Virus record (IMG/VR): IMGVR_UViG_3300047554_000685
Coordinates: 1-64,000 of that record
Reading direction: 5' to 3' (one strand)
Source of the DNA: a virus
Length of the DNA stretch: 64,000 nt
Part shown: positions 53,552 to 62,554 of the stretch, piece after piece
Numbering within the stretch: position 1 is the stretch's first letter
How the letters are laid out: every line of letters starts with the position of its first letter
Notes under the pieces: generated by a model
What the model saw: only the letters and a program-made list of their open reading frames with translations
Told to the model about the DNA's origin: nothing
Database searches by the model: none
Translations under genes and position numbers: made by a program

Positions 53552-54492
53552 TATTTCTTTTCTTCCTCCGAAGTAAGCGCAGGCCGCTCTTCCGTTTTCT
53601 CATCCGTGACTATATCAGCATCAATGATCTCTTTATCCGGAGACACGTGAATTCCTGCATCCGCTAACTTCGCAGCAGTCGCGATCGCACCTTGAGCTAG
53701 GCGGTCCAACCTCTCCGCAATGACACTAGCTGCTGGCCGTACATCAATGTTGACGTTCGTGTCTATCTCCACGCCGCCTCTTACACCAGCGCGATCTAGG
53801 ATCTCCGTTGCAGCTTTGAGTCTTACCGGCTCGCTCTCAGCATACTCCATGAGTTCTTCCAGCTTATCAACTGCGTACGGTGCAGCCTGCATCAACTTCG
53901 CACGAGCTCGTTCGATGTCATCCGTCGTTTTATGTTGGATGGATCTCAGGTGTACTCTGCACAGGCCGTCATCGTTTGGACGCCCGCTGGACCATAGCAT
54001 ACATCTGATTCCGTCATCCTTTATGTGACGACAACGAGCTGGCATGGCAAGCGGTTTCCGTTTCGGAGACATAGGTCCCCCGGCTTCTTGCTCCTTGAGG
54101 TACATACGGGTGGCATTAACTACCCACGGAGGAACCAAGTAGTCGCTCGCCGTTTCCGCTAAGAGGTCCAGGCCTGTGATGAAGTCGGAGTTCTTGTTGT
54201 CCGGTTCAGCAAGGATCGGTTTCTTTTCGGCTAAAGATAGTAGACGCTTCTCGGCGATTGATTCCTTCGAACGAACGCGGATTAGTCCCGTTGGAACTCC
54301 GTTGAGGGAGTAGACGCTGTCCCAGATGAGACGCGCTCGCCGAATAATAGCACGGTTTTCAAATGTATCTTGGCAGACGCCCTTGTCCACTTCCTCGATG
54401 CCGTATTGGCTGAGGTCAACGCGCATGTCGATGGGGTCATCAATCATGTATTCAGGTGCTAAGTTTTTGCTGTCTATCTCGTCATCAAACAT
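53551..54492 (-). CDS. probable terminase small subunit
   Basis: C-x9-C...C-x2-H zinc motif plus 'AVDKLEELME.AESEPVRLKAATEILDRAG', resembling actinophage TerS. Confidence 0.55.
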   Translation of the reverse strand: MFDDEIDSKNLAPEYMIDDPIDMRVDLSQYGIEEVDKGVCQDTFENRAIIRRARLIWDSVYSLNGVPTGLIRVRSKESIAEKRLLSLAEKKPILAEPDNKNSDFITGLDLLAETASDYLVPPWVVNATRMYLKEQEAGGPMSPKRKPLAMPARCRHIKDDGIRCMLWSSGRPNDDGLCRVHLRSIQHKTTDDIERARAKLMQAAPYAVDKLEELMEYAESEPVRLKAATEILDRAGVRGGVEIDTNVNIDVRPAASVIAERLDRLAQGAIATAAKLADAGIHVSPDKEIIDADIVTDEKTEERPALTSEEEKK

Positions 54493-54702
54493 CTCATGAA
54501 CTTTCGTTCGAAGTTAGGGCGACGGCTAGCTTAACTGGGGAGAGGACTTGTAAACTAGCCGCCGCTGTATTAATTTTACGGGACGCCGTTAATGTTGATT
54601 TATCTTCGGACGAAGTCGGACGAAAAAATTGCGCGTGGAGAGGGAGACGGCTGCCTTTTCCCTCTTTTATTAACAAATCTTTGGGGGTATCTAGCCACCC
54701 TG

Positions 54703-54975
54703 CTATAGTAATCCGCTTACGTTCTTGCCGTTCAGGTCACCAGATAGTAGTCGGAATTTACCGCTTTTGTCCCGTTCAAACTTCTGGCTTCGGAGCTGGG
54801 CTTGTTCTGTTTTGCGATTACGGACTGAGATGATTGCTCGCCGAAGATCGGCTTCGAAGACAAATCCTGGGTGGGCTAACTTTAGATGGCCGTGCTCGAT
54901 CCAACTGTAGATTGTCTTCTCGGTAACCTGAGCCATCTCTGCAGCTAACTTAATCTTTATCATTTTGTCGTCCAT
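54703..54975 (-). CDS. MerR/excisionase-like HTH protein
   Basis: 'AAEMAQVTEKTIYSWIEHGHL'. Confidence 0.7.
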   Translation of the reverse strand: MDDKMIKIKLAAEMAQVTEKTIYSWIEHGHLKLAHPGFVFEADLRRAIISVRNRKTEQAQLRSQKFERDKSGKFRLLSGDLNGKNVSGLL

Positions 54976-54984
54976 CGGATAATC

Positions 54985-55422
54985 CTATACATAGTCGGCG
55001 CAGACGGCATAGACTTCATCCTCGCCGTAGTTGTGGTCGGGGGTTAGGTCAACAACAATTGAATCCTTTGTAAAAGGTTTACCTGGATAGACCCAGATGT
55101 GGCCGTGGCTGGTGAGGGCATAGTCATCAGACTGGTGCCAGAAGAACTTGTATCCTTGGTCTTTCTTTGAGAAATAATCTAGGGCTTCCAAATTCTTGCA
55201 GTGGAACCAAGCATCACGATGGATGAGCTCAACAAATGTCGAACCAACTTCGTGTTGGGGTTTATCGTGTCCGAAGAAAATCTTTCCGTCAACCACCCAG
55301 ACATCGACTTCAACATCGACACCCACATTCAAAGCTTCTACTAGATAAGAAGGGGTGTTCTCCCGTTCGGGGTTGGGGCCGTCAATATTACCACGATGTG
55401 AGATTAACTTAGCCGTTGACAT
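54985..55422 (-). CDS. GDPD-like phosphodiesterase-fold protein
   Basis: 'ISHRGN...ENTP...VEVDVW...GHD.P...HCKN'. Confidence 0.75.
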   Translation of the reverse strand: MSTAKLISHRGNIDGPNPERENTPSYLVEALNVGVDVEVDVWVVDGKIFFGHDKPQHEVGSTFVELIHRDAWFHCKNLEALDYFSKKDQGYKFFWHQSDDYALTSHGHIWVYPGKPFTKDSIVVDLTPDHNYGEDEVYAVCADYV

Positions 55423-56758
55423 ATGCCTCCAAATCTTCTGGTGTTCCTAGGCTAATCATACGATGTACTTCGTAAGTTCCGATCTTCAACCCGCTGGCGA
55501 TTGCTTCATTGTAAGCTGGGCAAATATAGAACTCTCCGTTGGTTCGGATATCCTTCTCGATCATCTGCTCGGCAAACTTTACATAGTCTGAGCCATGCTT
55601 CCAGTAGTAGATTCCTACCGTGGCGGTGTCGCTGATGACCTGCTTCTCGGCAACCTCTGTTACAAATCCGCCGTCTTCGACTTTGGCATATGACCATTTA
55701 GGGTCTTGGCTCTCGAAGATTGCAATAGATCCGTCAAGATTTCTATCTCCGGCATCTTGAAGAAATGCCCTTGCATCCCATTCAACTAGTTGATCGGAGT
55801 TACAGATGATTAGTGGGTTCTCGTTATTGATAAGTTCTTTGGCCAGCAAGGAAGTTGAAGCTGCTCCTTCGGTCAAGGCATCAACGCCGATGACCGTGAC
55901 CTCGGGGGCAAATGGACAGATGCTTCGTAAGAAGTTTTTGAGATCATACTTCTCGACAATCGGCTCTTGGGCTAGGTAGATGAAGTGCCCGTTCATGTCA
56001 AGGCTATAGATGACCTTTTGAATCATGGGCATACCTTTGACTTCAATCATAGGCTTAGGGTTTTCGTAGCCCTTCTCTACAAATCTACTTCCAGCCCCCG
56101 CCATCGGAATTAGGATGTTAAAAGTTGGGGCTTCTGGTTCTTTAAGTTCTTCCATAGTTTTCAATACCAATCTATGAGTCAAGTCAATTCTGTTATTTAC
56201 TGGGACTAACTTCGCACCAGATTGTTCAGCTGCAAGTCTACCTACAACACTGTCTTCAAAGATAGCCGTTGTAGACGCATCCGCTCCCAGAGTTTTCATA
56301 GCTAGAAGATATCCTTCAGGGGATGGCTTTGGGGCTGGGGTCTCCTCGTTACTGATTGAGATATCTACCAAGCCCTCGATGCCTAGTCGTCGGAGACAAG
56401 TGTCTAGAGTTTCTCGAACGCTATTGCTTACAACGCCAATCTTGAATCCGTTTTGCCTCACCATGTTTAGGGTGTTCACGATCTCTAGATCTTTGGGAAT
56501 CCAATCAAATAACCTAGCCGTGTGCTTCTGCTTGGATTGCCAGACCTCTTCAAGTTTTTCCTTTGGAAGACCTTTGTCCTTGCTCAGGATCTCGAGCTTT
56601 GTTCTGGTTGTTAGACCTTCGTAAATTGTTTCTTGTTCAGCTTCGGTTATGACGAACTTCTCATCGACCTCGGCCAATGCCGAGTTAAGTGCTTTGAAGT
56701 GAAGTTCTCGGCTATCAACCAAGACCCCGTCAAGATCAAATAAGAGTGCGTATGTCAT
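55409..56758 (-). CDS. HAD phosphatase fused to nucleotidyltransferase/GT-A domain
   Basis: 'FDLDGVLVD', 'KPSPEGY', 'FEDS'; 'IPMAGAGSRF...PKPMI', 'LGTPEDL'. Confidence 0.9.
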   Translation of the reverse strand: MTYALLFDLDGVLVDSRELHFKALNSALAEVDEKFVITEAEQETIYEGLTTRTKLEILSKDKGLPKEKLEEVWQSKQKHTARLFDWIPKDLEIVNTLNMVRQNGFKIGVVSNSVRETLDTCLRRLGIEGLVDISISNEETPAPKPSPEGYLLAMKTLGADASTTAIFEDSVVGRLAAEQSGAKLVPVNNRIDLTHRLVLKTMEELKEPEAPTFNILIPMAGAGSRFVEKGYENPKPMIEVKGMPMIQKVIYSLDMNGHFIYLAQEPIVEKYDLKNFLRSICPFAPEVTVIGVDALTEGAASTSLLAKELINNENPLIICNSDQLVEWDARAFLQDAGDRNLDGSIAIFESQDPKWSYAKVEDGGFVTEVAEKQVISDTATVGIYYWKHGSDYVKFAEQMIEKDIRTNGEFYICPAYNEAIASGLKIGTYEVHRMISLGTPEDLEAYVNG

Positions 56759-56767
56759 GTTTAAACC

Positions 56768-57778
56768 TTAGCTCATCAGAAACTTTTTAAGCTCTGTATT
56801 ATTTTCAATTTGCCCGATTATTTCTGATGCTTTTTTGTCATGTGAGATCGAGATGTAGGTGTGTCTAAGTTCATGCGCCAGATGATAGTAGTGCGGGTGA
56901 ATACGGGTCATGGTTTGTTGGTCTGGAGCAGGGGTTGTTAGTGGTGTCGAAAGCTCTACCACGACTCCGCCAGGTTTCATGGCAAGCATTGTTGTTAACC
57001 CTGCACTGGTGATTGAAGCTAGTGTTCTGGTTTCAGCTACAAACCTAAGCTGATGTTCAAACGAATCAATATCTTCTGGCGAGAAAATCTCGAACCCTAG
57101 TTCCCTGAAATACTCCTCGACTAAGGCTTCGTCATCAAGTCGATCATTGGTTTTGTATTTGTATTTCTCGCGGATCTCGGCGAGTGTTAGGTTTGCGTAT
57201 TCTTCATCCGTTGCCCTGAAAACACTGTTGGATAGAGTCTTGCTTCGACTGAGGTAGACTTTACGGAATGGGGTAATAGAATCCAAATCAACAAGACCAT
57301 TTAGTAAAAATTTAGAAATGTCTTTAGCTACTGATAAATTGGTTGTGTAATTCTCATAAATTACGAAGTTATTTATTCGGCATGGGTTACGTCTATCGAA
57401 GGGAAGCCGAGAGGTTTTGTGACCCCCGCTCTCAAGTAGTTTCACAATGTGCTCGTATATCGAGTTGATGTGTGAACTACTAAACTCTTGCTCTGCACCA
57501 GTCATGGTCAGAACAATGTGAATCTTATATCCGCCTTGTTCGGCTTGTTTTAGCTCTTGGATAATTATTGGAATAATCTCGGTGATTACGTGAAAGTATG
57601 CTGTTTGGATTGGCAGAATAATTTTTCTATCCTCTGACACCAAATCCTTTGAAGTCCCTTGGTCAAAATCAATATGGCTATCTTCCACCGAGTAATTGCC
57701 ATATTCATTGCGGAATACATACTTCGGCTCCAAGTAGTGATTGAAGTTGTAATTGATTTTTTCCCAAGAAGGTAGCAT
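56768..57778 (-). CDS. glycosyltransferase family 61-like
   Basis: 'YFH...E', 'KVYLSR', 'GFEIFSPE..SF..Q', 'SAGLT', 'VVEL'. Confidence 0.75.
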   Translation of the reverse strand: MLPSWEKINYNFNHYLEPKYVFRNEYGNYSVEDSHIDFDQGTSKDLVSEDRKIILPIQTAYFHVITEIIPIIIQELKQAEQGGYKIHIVLTMTGAEQEFSSSHINSIYEHIVKLLESGGHKTSRLPFDRRNPCRINNFVIYENYTTNLSVAKDISKFLLNGLVDLDSITPFRKVYLSRSKTLSNSVFRATDEEYANLTLAEIREKYKYKTNDRLDDEALVEEYFRELGFEIFSPEDIDSFEHQLRFVAETRTLASITSAGLTTMLAMKPGGVVVELSTPLTTPAPDQQTMTRIHPHYYHLAHELRHTYISISHDKKASEIIGQIENNTELKKFLMS

Positions 57779-57802
57779 ACCGACATCCTATCACTCTTCC
57801 CC

Positions 57803-57836
57803 AAAAAAGAAAACGGGCCACCCGAAGGTGACCCGT
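57803..57836 (-). terminator. intrinsic terminator
   Basis: ACGGG.CACC-CGAA-GGTG.CCCGT followed by U-tract on - strand. Confidence 0.75.
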
Positions 57837-57876
57837 AAAGACCTAAGCTCTCCCGCTTAGTTCTTATATCTCCATC

Positions 57877-58200
57877 CTACTTCTTTTTCGGAGTGGTCTT
57901 TGGTTTAGCCTTTGGCTTTGGCTTAGCCTTAGCAACTGGAGTGTCGGCGATATCTTTCTTGATCGCTTCCTTCTTCTCAGAAGATTTCGCAGCTGGCTTC
58001 TTTGCGGGAGCTTTCGCGGGAGCTTTCTTAGCAGGTGTAGGTACAACCTCAATCTTTGGAATTGAATCTGCCTTACCTGAGACAGTCGCTGGTACTACCT
58101 TGATCTCAACCCAACGGCCTTTGTCATCACGCTCTACGGCCACAATCTCAGGATTGATAGCTTTCTTCTTGTCCTTGCGGAACCAATTAAACAGACCCAT
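57877..58200 (-). CDS. Lys/Ala/Pro-rich histone-H1-like basic protein
   Basis: PAKKAPAKAPAKKPAAK repeats; 'RDDKGRW'. Confidence 0.7.
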   Translation of the reverse strand: MGLFNWFRKDKKKAINPEIVAVERDDKGRWVEIKVVPATVSGKADSIPKIEVVPTPAKKAPAKAPAKKPAAKSSEKKEAIKKDIADTPVAKAKPKPKAKPKTTPKKK

Positions 58201-58877
58201 GGTCTCGTCCTTCTTCCTCTTCTCCAAACTTTTTCCAAATTTGGTTTAGTGAGTCAACATCAACCACCGGATCAATATCGCCGATAGCTTTCCAGATGTA
58301 CTCGGTTAGCGTCTCTGCTACTCCTGAATCAATCAGGTCATAGTCTACCAATACCTGGATGTGTTCTTCCAGATATCGGGCAGCTTGTTCTTTCATCATT
58401 TCAAATCACATCCTACAACAAAAGACAGTCTTGGCACAAGAAGACATTCAAACGACTTGCTTTATCCAAGATCTCACCGTTTGGACTTACTGGTGCTGGA
58501 ATAACTTTAACGCCACTTGCGCCACACTTGTCGCAGTTGGGTGGTACATCGCCAATCCAATTCAGCTCGACTCCAGCCTTCTTAGCTGCAATCATCCCCT
58601 GGGTCAAAGCATGCGATGAACCCATTCCCTTGGTACTACGCAGGAACTTACGCAGATCTCCAGTTTCCAGTACAGCCCTAGGAGTGTTGCACTTACATCC
58701 AGCAGCGTTTGGTTCACAGACGAACCATCCAAGATCCGCCTTAAACTTGTGACGAACTATCGGATGTCCACAAATACAAACTCGTCGATCCTGAATGTGT
58801 TTACCATTCTCAATCTCGTCCAGAACTTCCTGAACTTCGTTCTCGTCTACACCTAGGAAGTCGAAAACATCACCCAT
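58187..58877 (-). CDS. two ORFs (58413-58877 Cys-rich; 58187-58399)
   Basis: ORF track; GGAGA RBS. Confidence 0.7.
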
Positions 58878-58879
58878 AA

Positions 58880-59586
58880 CATTTCTCCAATCTCAAAAGT
58901 CAAATGTCAAATTACAAGTACTCTTATACTATCACTCTTTTATAAATCTATTAACGACTATGGTTTACATTCAGCGCTAGAAAAAATTCCTCGCGCGTGA
59001 ATAGGAAATATAATCACTAATAAATTTATAGTATATAGATATCATAGTTTCATTAGCAAAATTTTCCACTTCTTTTTTCTTTCTTCTTGCTAATAACCTA
59101 CCCTACCTTAGCTCCGATCCTTCGGATATTAGCAAAATAAATAACGGCGTCTACCATTTGCCTTAAATCCCACACCCTAATACACTCCAACCTACCCTGC
59201 TATACTTCACGGCCCTTCTTCTGCCTCTATCCGTATATCGGCGTCTATCATTTTTGCCCCTTTCAACTCATTTCAACTCAAAACAAAATAAGATAACAAA
59301 TATATAACGCCAACTTCCAACGAAGCTTCGTTTAAAGATTTCGCGCGAAAGCACGAATTAACCAAACTTAACAACACTTCCAACGAACCTTCATTCGAAG
59401 TTGCAGCAACTTAAGTAATACCGGCGTCTATTATTTTTAGCCCACCCTTACCTTCATTCGAAGTTATTTTGCCCATATACCTACCACGACTTCCCGCCCC
59501 CGCCACCCCCTCAGTTTTAAGACCGTCGTCGGCGAGGGCTCACACAGCTAGTTGACATATCTATATGTAGGGTGTAAGGTCAGAGC
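58880..59586. promoter_or_regulatory. divergent AT-rich control region with repeated motifs
   Basis: GGCGTCTA x3, AACTTCCAACGAA-type x2, CCTTCATTCGAAGTT x2; + promoter TTGACA(59552)-17-TAAGGT. Confidence 0.6.
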
Positions 59587-60600
59587 ATGATTAATGCACG
59601 AGACACATTAGAGCTACTTGCGGACCTGGCTAGGGTAAGTAAGAATGACCAGTTCATCGAAGCGGGTTCTTTTAGGATCTACGCAACTACTGTTGTGAAC
59701 AACTCGGTTGTTGAAGGGATTGACCCACAATCTCGAACTGACCTTAGGGAACTGAAGGAAGGGGCTGACTACCTGGCATTTGGCGTAGCTGCTATTACTA
59801 ATAGTAATCCAAAGGTCTTCTACTGCGACCCAGAGATGTCTGCGGTTATTCAGGCTTCTGCCGGAGCAATGGACAATACCGACCTAACTGACCTAAGCCT
59901 ACTGCCTAGCAAGTACGGCTTCTGTTACTTTGCACAGGGAATCAAGCTATCTAAGGGCATGATTATTCACGCGCTTTTGTGGTGCGTACAGCCAAAGGAT
60001 CCAGGCAATATCCTTGTTTACGGGTTGAACGATAAGTTCAACGAGGAAGACGGCTCGAAAGAATCGTGGGCAGAGTATCTGGAGCACCACGGCTTTGACC
60101 AGATTAAATACGAACGCTGGGTATTTAGGTTCAACCTTTCATATCGCGAAGGCACCCAACTATCTCCTGTTACCCCCGAAGAGCGCGAAGATTTTACTGC
60201 TAAGAGCCGTGAGATGTATAGGATGCACGCAATTGATCTTGACCCTAGGCAGGTATTTCACGCTCTAATGCTCATGCTTAATCAAGAACCAGATGTTATT
60301 CACATCTCAAAAGCGGAAGCAACCAAGAAAAAAGCAGCTCGACTTACAAAAAAGAAGATGCCAACCGAAGTTACGGTCATTGACATTCGCCGTAAATATG
60401 CAACAGTTGCGAGTTCTGGAGGGTCTAGCGACCGTGAGTACTCACACCGCTGGGTTGTAAACGGATTCTGGCGGTGGCAACCATATAAAGATGCCAACAA
60501 AGAATGGAAGCGCAAGCGCATCTGGATTGATTCATATGTAAAAGGTCCAGCGGATAAGCCACTGCATATCACTGAAAAGGTTTACGCACTTCTTAAATAG
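59587..60600 (+). CDS. conserved actinophage hypothetical ('HRWVV.GFWR.QPY...IWI..YVKGP..KPL'), leaderless
   Basis: C-terminal motif; promoter 6 nt upstream. Confidence 0.8.
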   Translation: MINARDTLELLADLARVSKNDQFIEAGSFRIYATTVVNNSVVEGIDPQSRTDLRELKEGADYLAFGVAAITNSNPKVFYCDPEMSAVIQASAGAMDNTDLTDLSLLPSKYGFCYFAQGIKLSKGMIIHALLWCVQPKDPGNILVYGLNDKFNEEDGSKESWAEYLEHHGFDQIKYERWVFRFNLSYREGTQLSPVTPEEREDFTAKSREMYRMHAIDLDPRQVFHALMLMLNQEPDVIHISKAEATKKKAARLTKKKMPTEVTVIDIRRKYATVASSGGSSDREYSHRWVVNGFWRWQPYKDANKEWKRKRIWIDSYVKGPADKPLHITEKVYALLK

Positions 60601-60629
60601 GACAAAACATCCCAAGCTAAAATAGTTTC

Positions 60630-60854
60630 ATGGAAACCAGGGATCCACTGCGCCGAGCTCTAGAACGTATAGAGTTATGTACTTATGCCATACAAGAGGC
60701 GCATTACGAGGTAGAAGAACCTACGGATCCAGAGAAAAAGGCAGACCTACTACTTGCGGTAGAAGCCCTAGCTTATGAAGCTATAGACCTTCTTAGTACT
60801 GCGAAGTTGTATGCGTGGGGGCCGGACCAAGAAGAGTTCGAAGGCGAGCAATAG
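60630..60854 (+). CDS. hypothetical protein
   Basis: TAAAAT 6 nt before ATG; 3' overlap with GT61 gene. Confidence 0.6.
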   Translation: METRDPLRRALERIELCTYAIQEAHYEVEEPTDPEKKADLLLAVEALAYEAIDLLSTAKLYAWGPDQEEFEGEQ

Positions 60855-61803
60855 CTACTTCTGCTTCTTTTTCTTTATTAGATACAGAAATATGCGAGTG
60901 ACCGCAAATATACGATAGATCTTGATAAGTTCCAATTAGACGCTGGTCCGTAGGATCTTTTGATAGAAGCTCGCACCTTAGCTCAACAACAATCTGATTG
61001 TCTTTTAATAGACCTGCATTTACTAATCCAGATCCAGTAGGGGCAACCAATACTGACGTCTGCGCCATTAAGTCAACTTGATCCTGAAACGAGTTCATAT
61101 CCTCAGGCTTGATAATACTAAACCCCACAGACTTCAGAAACTCTTCTAAACGTTCCTCATTATGTACTCGGATATCGTCACGATAGCCAGGATGATTATC
61201 ATCTTCCCACAAAGTAAAGCCAGCACCGCCCCTGCTTATATATACCCATTTATCTGGCACATAAGAAGGATCAACCAAAGACATACTCTTAATTAGGTCA
61301 AACGCAGCTTTTATGTCAATTAGCGACCCGTTCATACCTAGGTCATACTCAACCAAGTAACTAAAGTTTGTCATCCTAGATACCGACAGCAACGGATCTA
61401 GCCCATTAATAGAGCCCTTAGGGTCATCAATGACCAAGTAATCAATCCCAGCTTTATCTAAAGCTCGGAGAATAGGCTCATACAAAGAGTACGAGTTAGT
61501 GTAGCGAGTATCCGCATAGATGATGAATAGGGTTTCTGGCCTGACCCTTTGGACCCTAAGTATTGTAGACAGGGTGTCCATTATTGTGTGATAGAACTCA
61601 TATCTGAAGGAGATTAAGAACTTAAACCGATCAGATGTAAATCTTTCATCTTCTACGAGCTGATAGTTGTTATGAAGGCTAGAAACAACTTCATCCATTG
61701 AACCAACGACAAACCTGCGGTTCATTAAAGAAAACGCTACATAAGCATCTTCCTGCGTTGTTTTAGATATATCTAATTCGCCAGGAAGGGTAGAACTTGT
61801 CAT
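60793..61803 (-). CDS. second glycosyltransferase family 61-like protein
   Basis: 'FYH...D', 'VYISR', 'GFSIIKPE..SFQDQ', 'GSGLVN', 'VVEL'. Confidence 0.75.
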   Translation of the reverse strand: MTSSTLPGELDISKTTQEDAYVAFSLMNRRFVVGSMDEVVSSLHNNYQLVEDERFTSDRFKFLISFRYEFYHTIMDTLSTILRVQRVRPETLFIIYADTRYTNSYSLYEPILRALDKAGIDYLVIDDPKGSINGLDPLLSVSRMTNFSYLVEYDLGMNGSLIDIKAAFDLIKSMSLVDPSYVPDKWVYISRGGAGFTLWEDDNHPGYRDDIRVHNEERLEEFLKSVGFSIIKPEDMNSFQDQVDLMAQTSVLVAPTGSGLVNAGLLKDNQIVVELRCELLSKDPTDQRLIGTYQDLSYICGHSHISVSNKEKEAEVAIARLRTLLGPAPTHTTSQY

Positions 61804-62140
61804 TTATGGAACCTAGGTGGAAACAACACCTTTGCTAGCTGGGCATGACCGTCAGGTTGCTTTTGTATTTGCCTAATAATAGGCATGACCTTCACCCAAA
61901 AATAGATGCTAAAACTTAGTATTGATAGCAACCATACAGCAACGATTACCAACAATACTAAGTTCCAGCTATTATTCATGATCTAAGTATAACTTAGATA
62001 CGGCCTCGACGTCCGGTTCCACGAGACTGCTTGCGATATTGAACAGCAGCAATAATGAACAAACTAATGAAGCCAACCAACAAGGTTGTAACTACACCAG
62101 CAGCAAACGAAGCCCAATCTAAAACAAATGAAATTACCAC
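61800..62140 (-). CDS. two small single-TM proteins (61800-61979, 61994-62140; not in track)
   Basis: Read by eye; AAGGAGG RBS before GTG 62140; TATACT 6 nt before ATG 61979. Confidence 0.55.
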
Positions 62141-62248
62141 AGTAACCTCCTTAAGGTCCCCTAAATACTAACACTTAGACCGATTCAGCGCAAGCTAGAC
62201 ATGATAAAATAGGTATCGGGGAGAGGCCACCTAACGGGAGCCTCCATT

Positions 62249-62554
62249 TTGTCTACGAAAAATAAGAACAGCAAAGCTGGTCTAACCCTCGACATCACGT
62301 ACAGGGTTATAGCCACATTCATTGCCAGCGCGCTCGGCGTAATCGGAGCTGGCTCAATTATTGGTTTAGATGTGTGGATGTCCGCCGCGCTTGGTGGTCT
62401 GCTAGCAGTTGCAAAGGTTGTCGAGAAGCTAGCTCTCGCTTTCTTAGAGGACGGAAAGATCAGCCGAAGTGAAGTCAACATGATTTTCTCTCAAGTTGTC
62501 CGCCTCAAAGAAGCTGGAGAAGACTCCTCAAATGCGTCTAAACCTAAGAAATAG
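62249..62554 (+). CDS. small membrane protein (holin-like topology)
   Basis: 2-3 TM helices; 'FLEDGKIS..E.N..F'. Confidence 0.6.
   Translation: MSTKNKNSKAGLTLDITYRVIATFIASALGVIGAGSIIGLDVWMSAALGGLLAVAKVVEKLALAFLEDGKISRSEVNMIFSQVVRLKEAGEDSSNASKPKK

Larger units (their letters stand above)
49881..54843 (-). repeat. dispersed octamer GCTCGCCG (+ strand), 10 exact copies
   Basis: 49881, 50473, 50788, 51043, 52029, 52795, 53074, 54145, 54335, 54836. Confidence 0.8.
32587..59465. repeat. dispersed 13-bp motif AACTTCnnACGAA (more than 25 exact or near copies)
   Basis: + copies e.g. 32587, 34848, 35404, 38397, 39010, 39441, 42617, 49530, 59312; - copies e.g. 42638, 49479, 50098, 52632, 53019, 54504, 55924, 59453. 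Confidence 0.8.
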
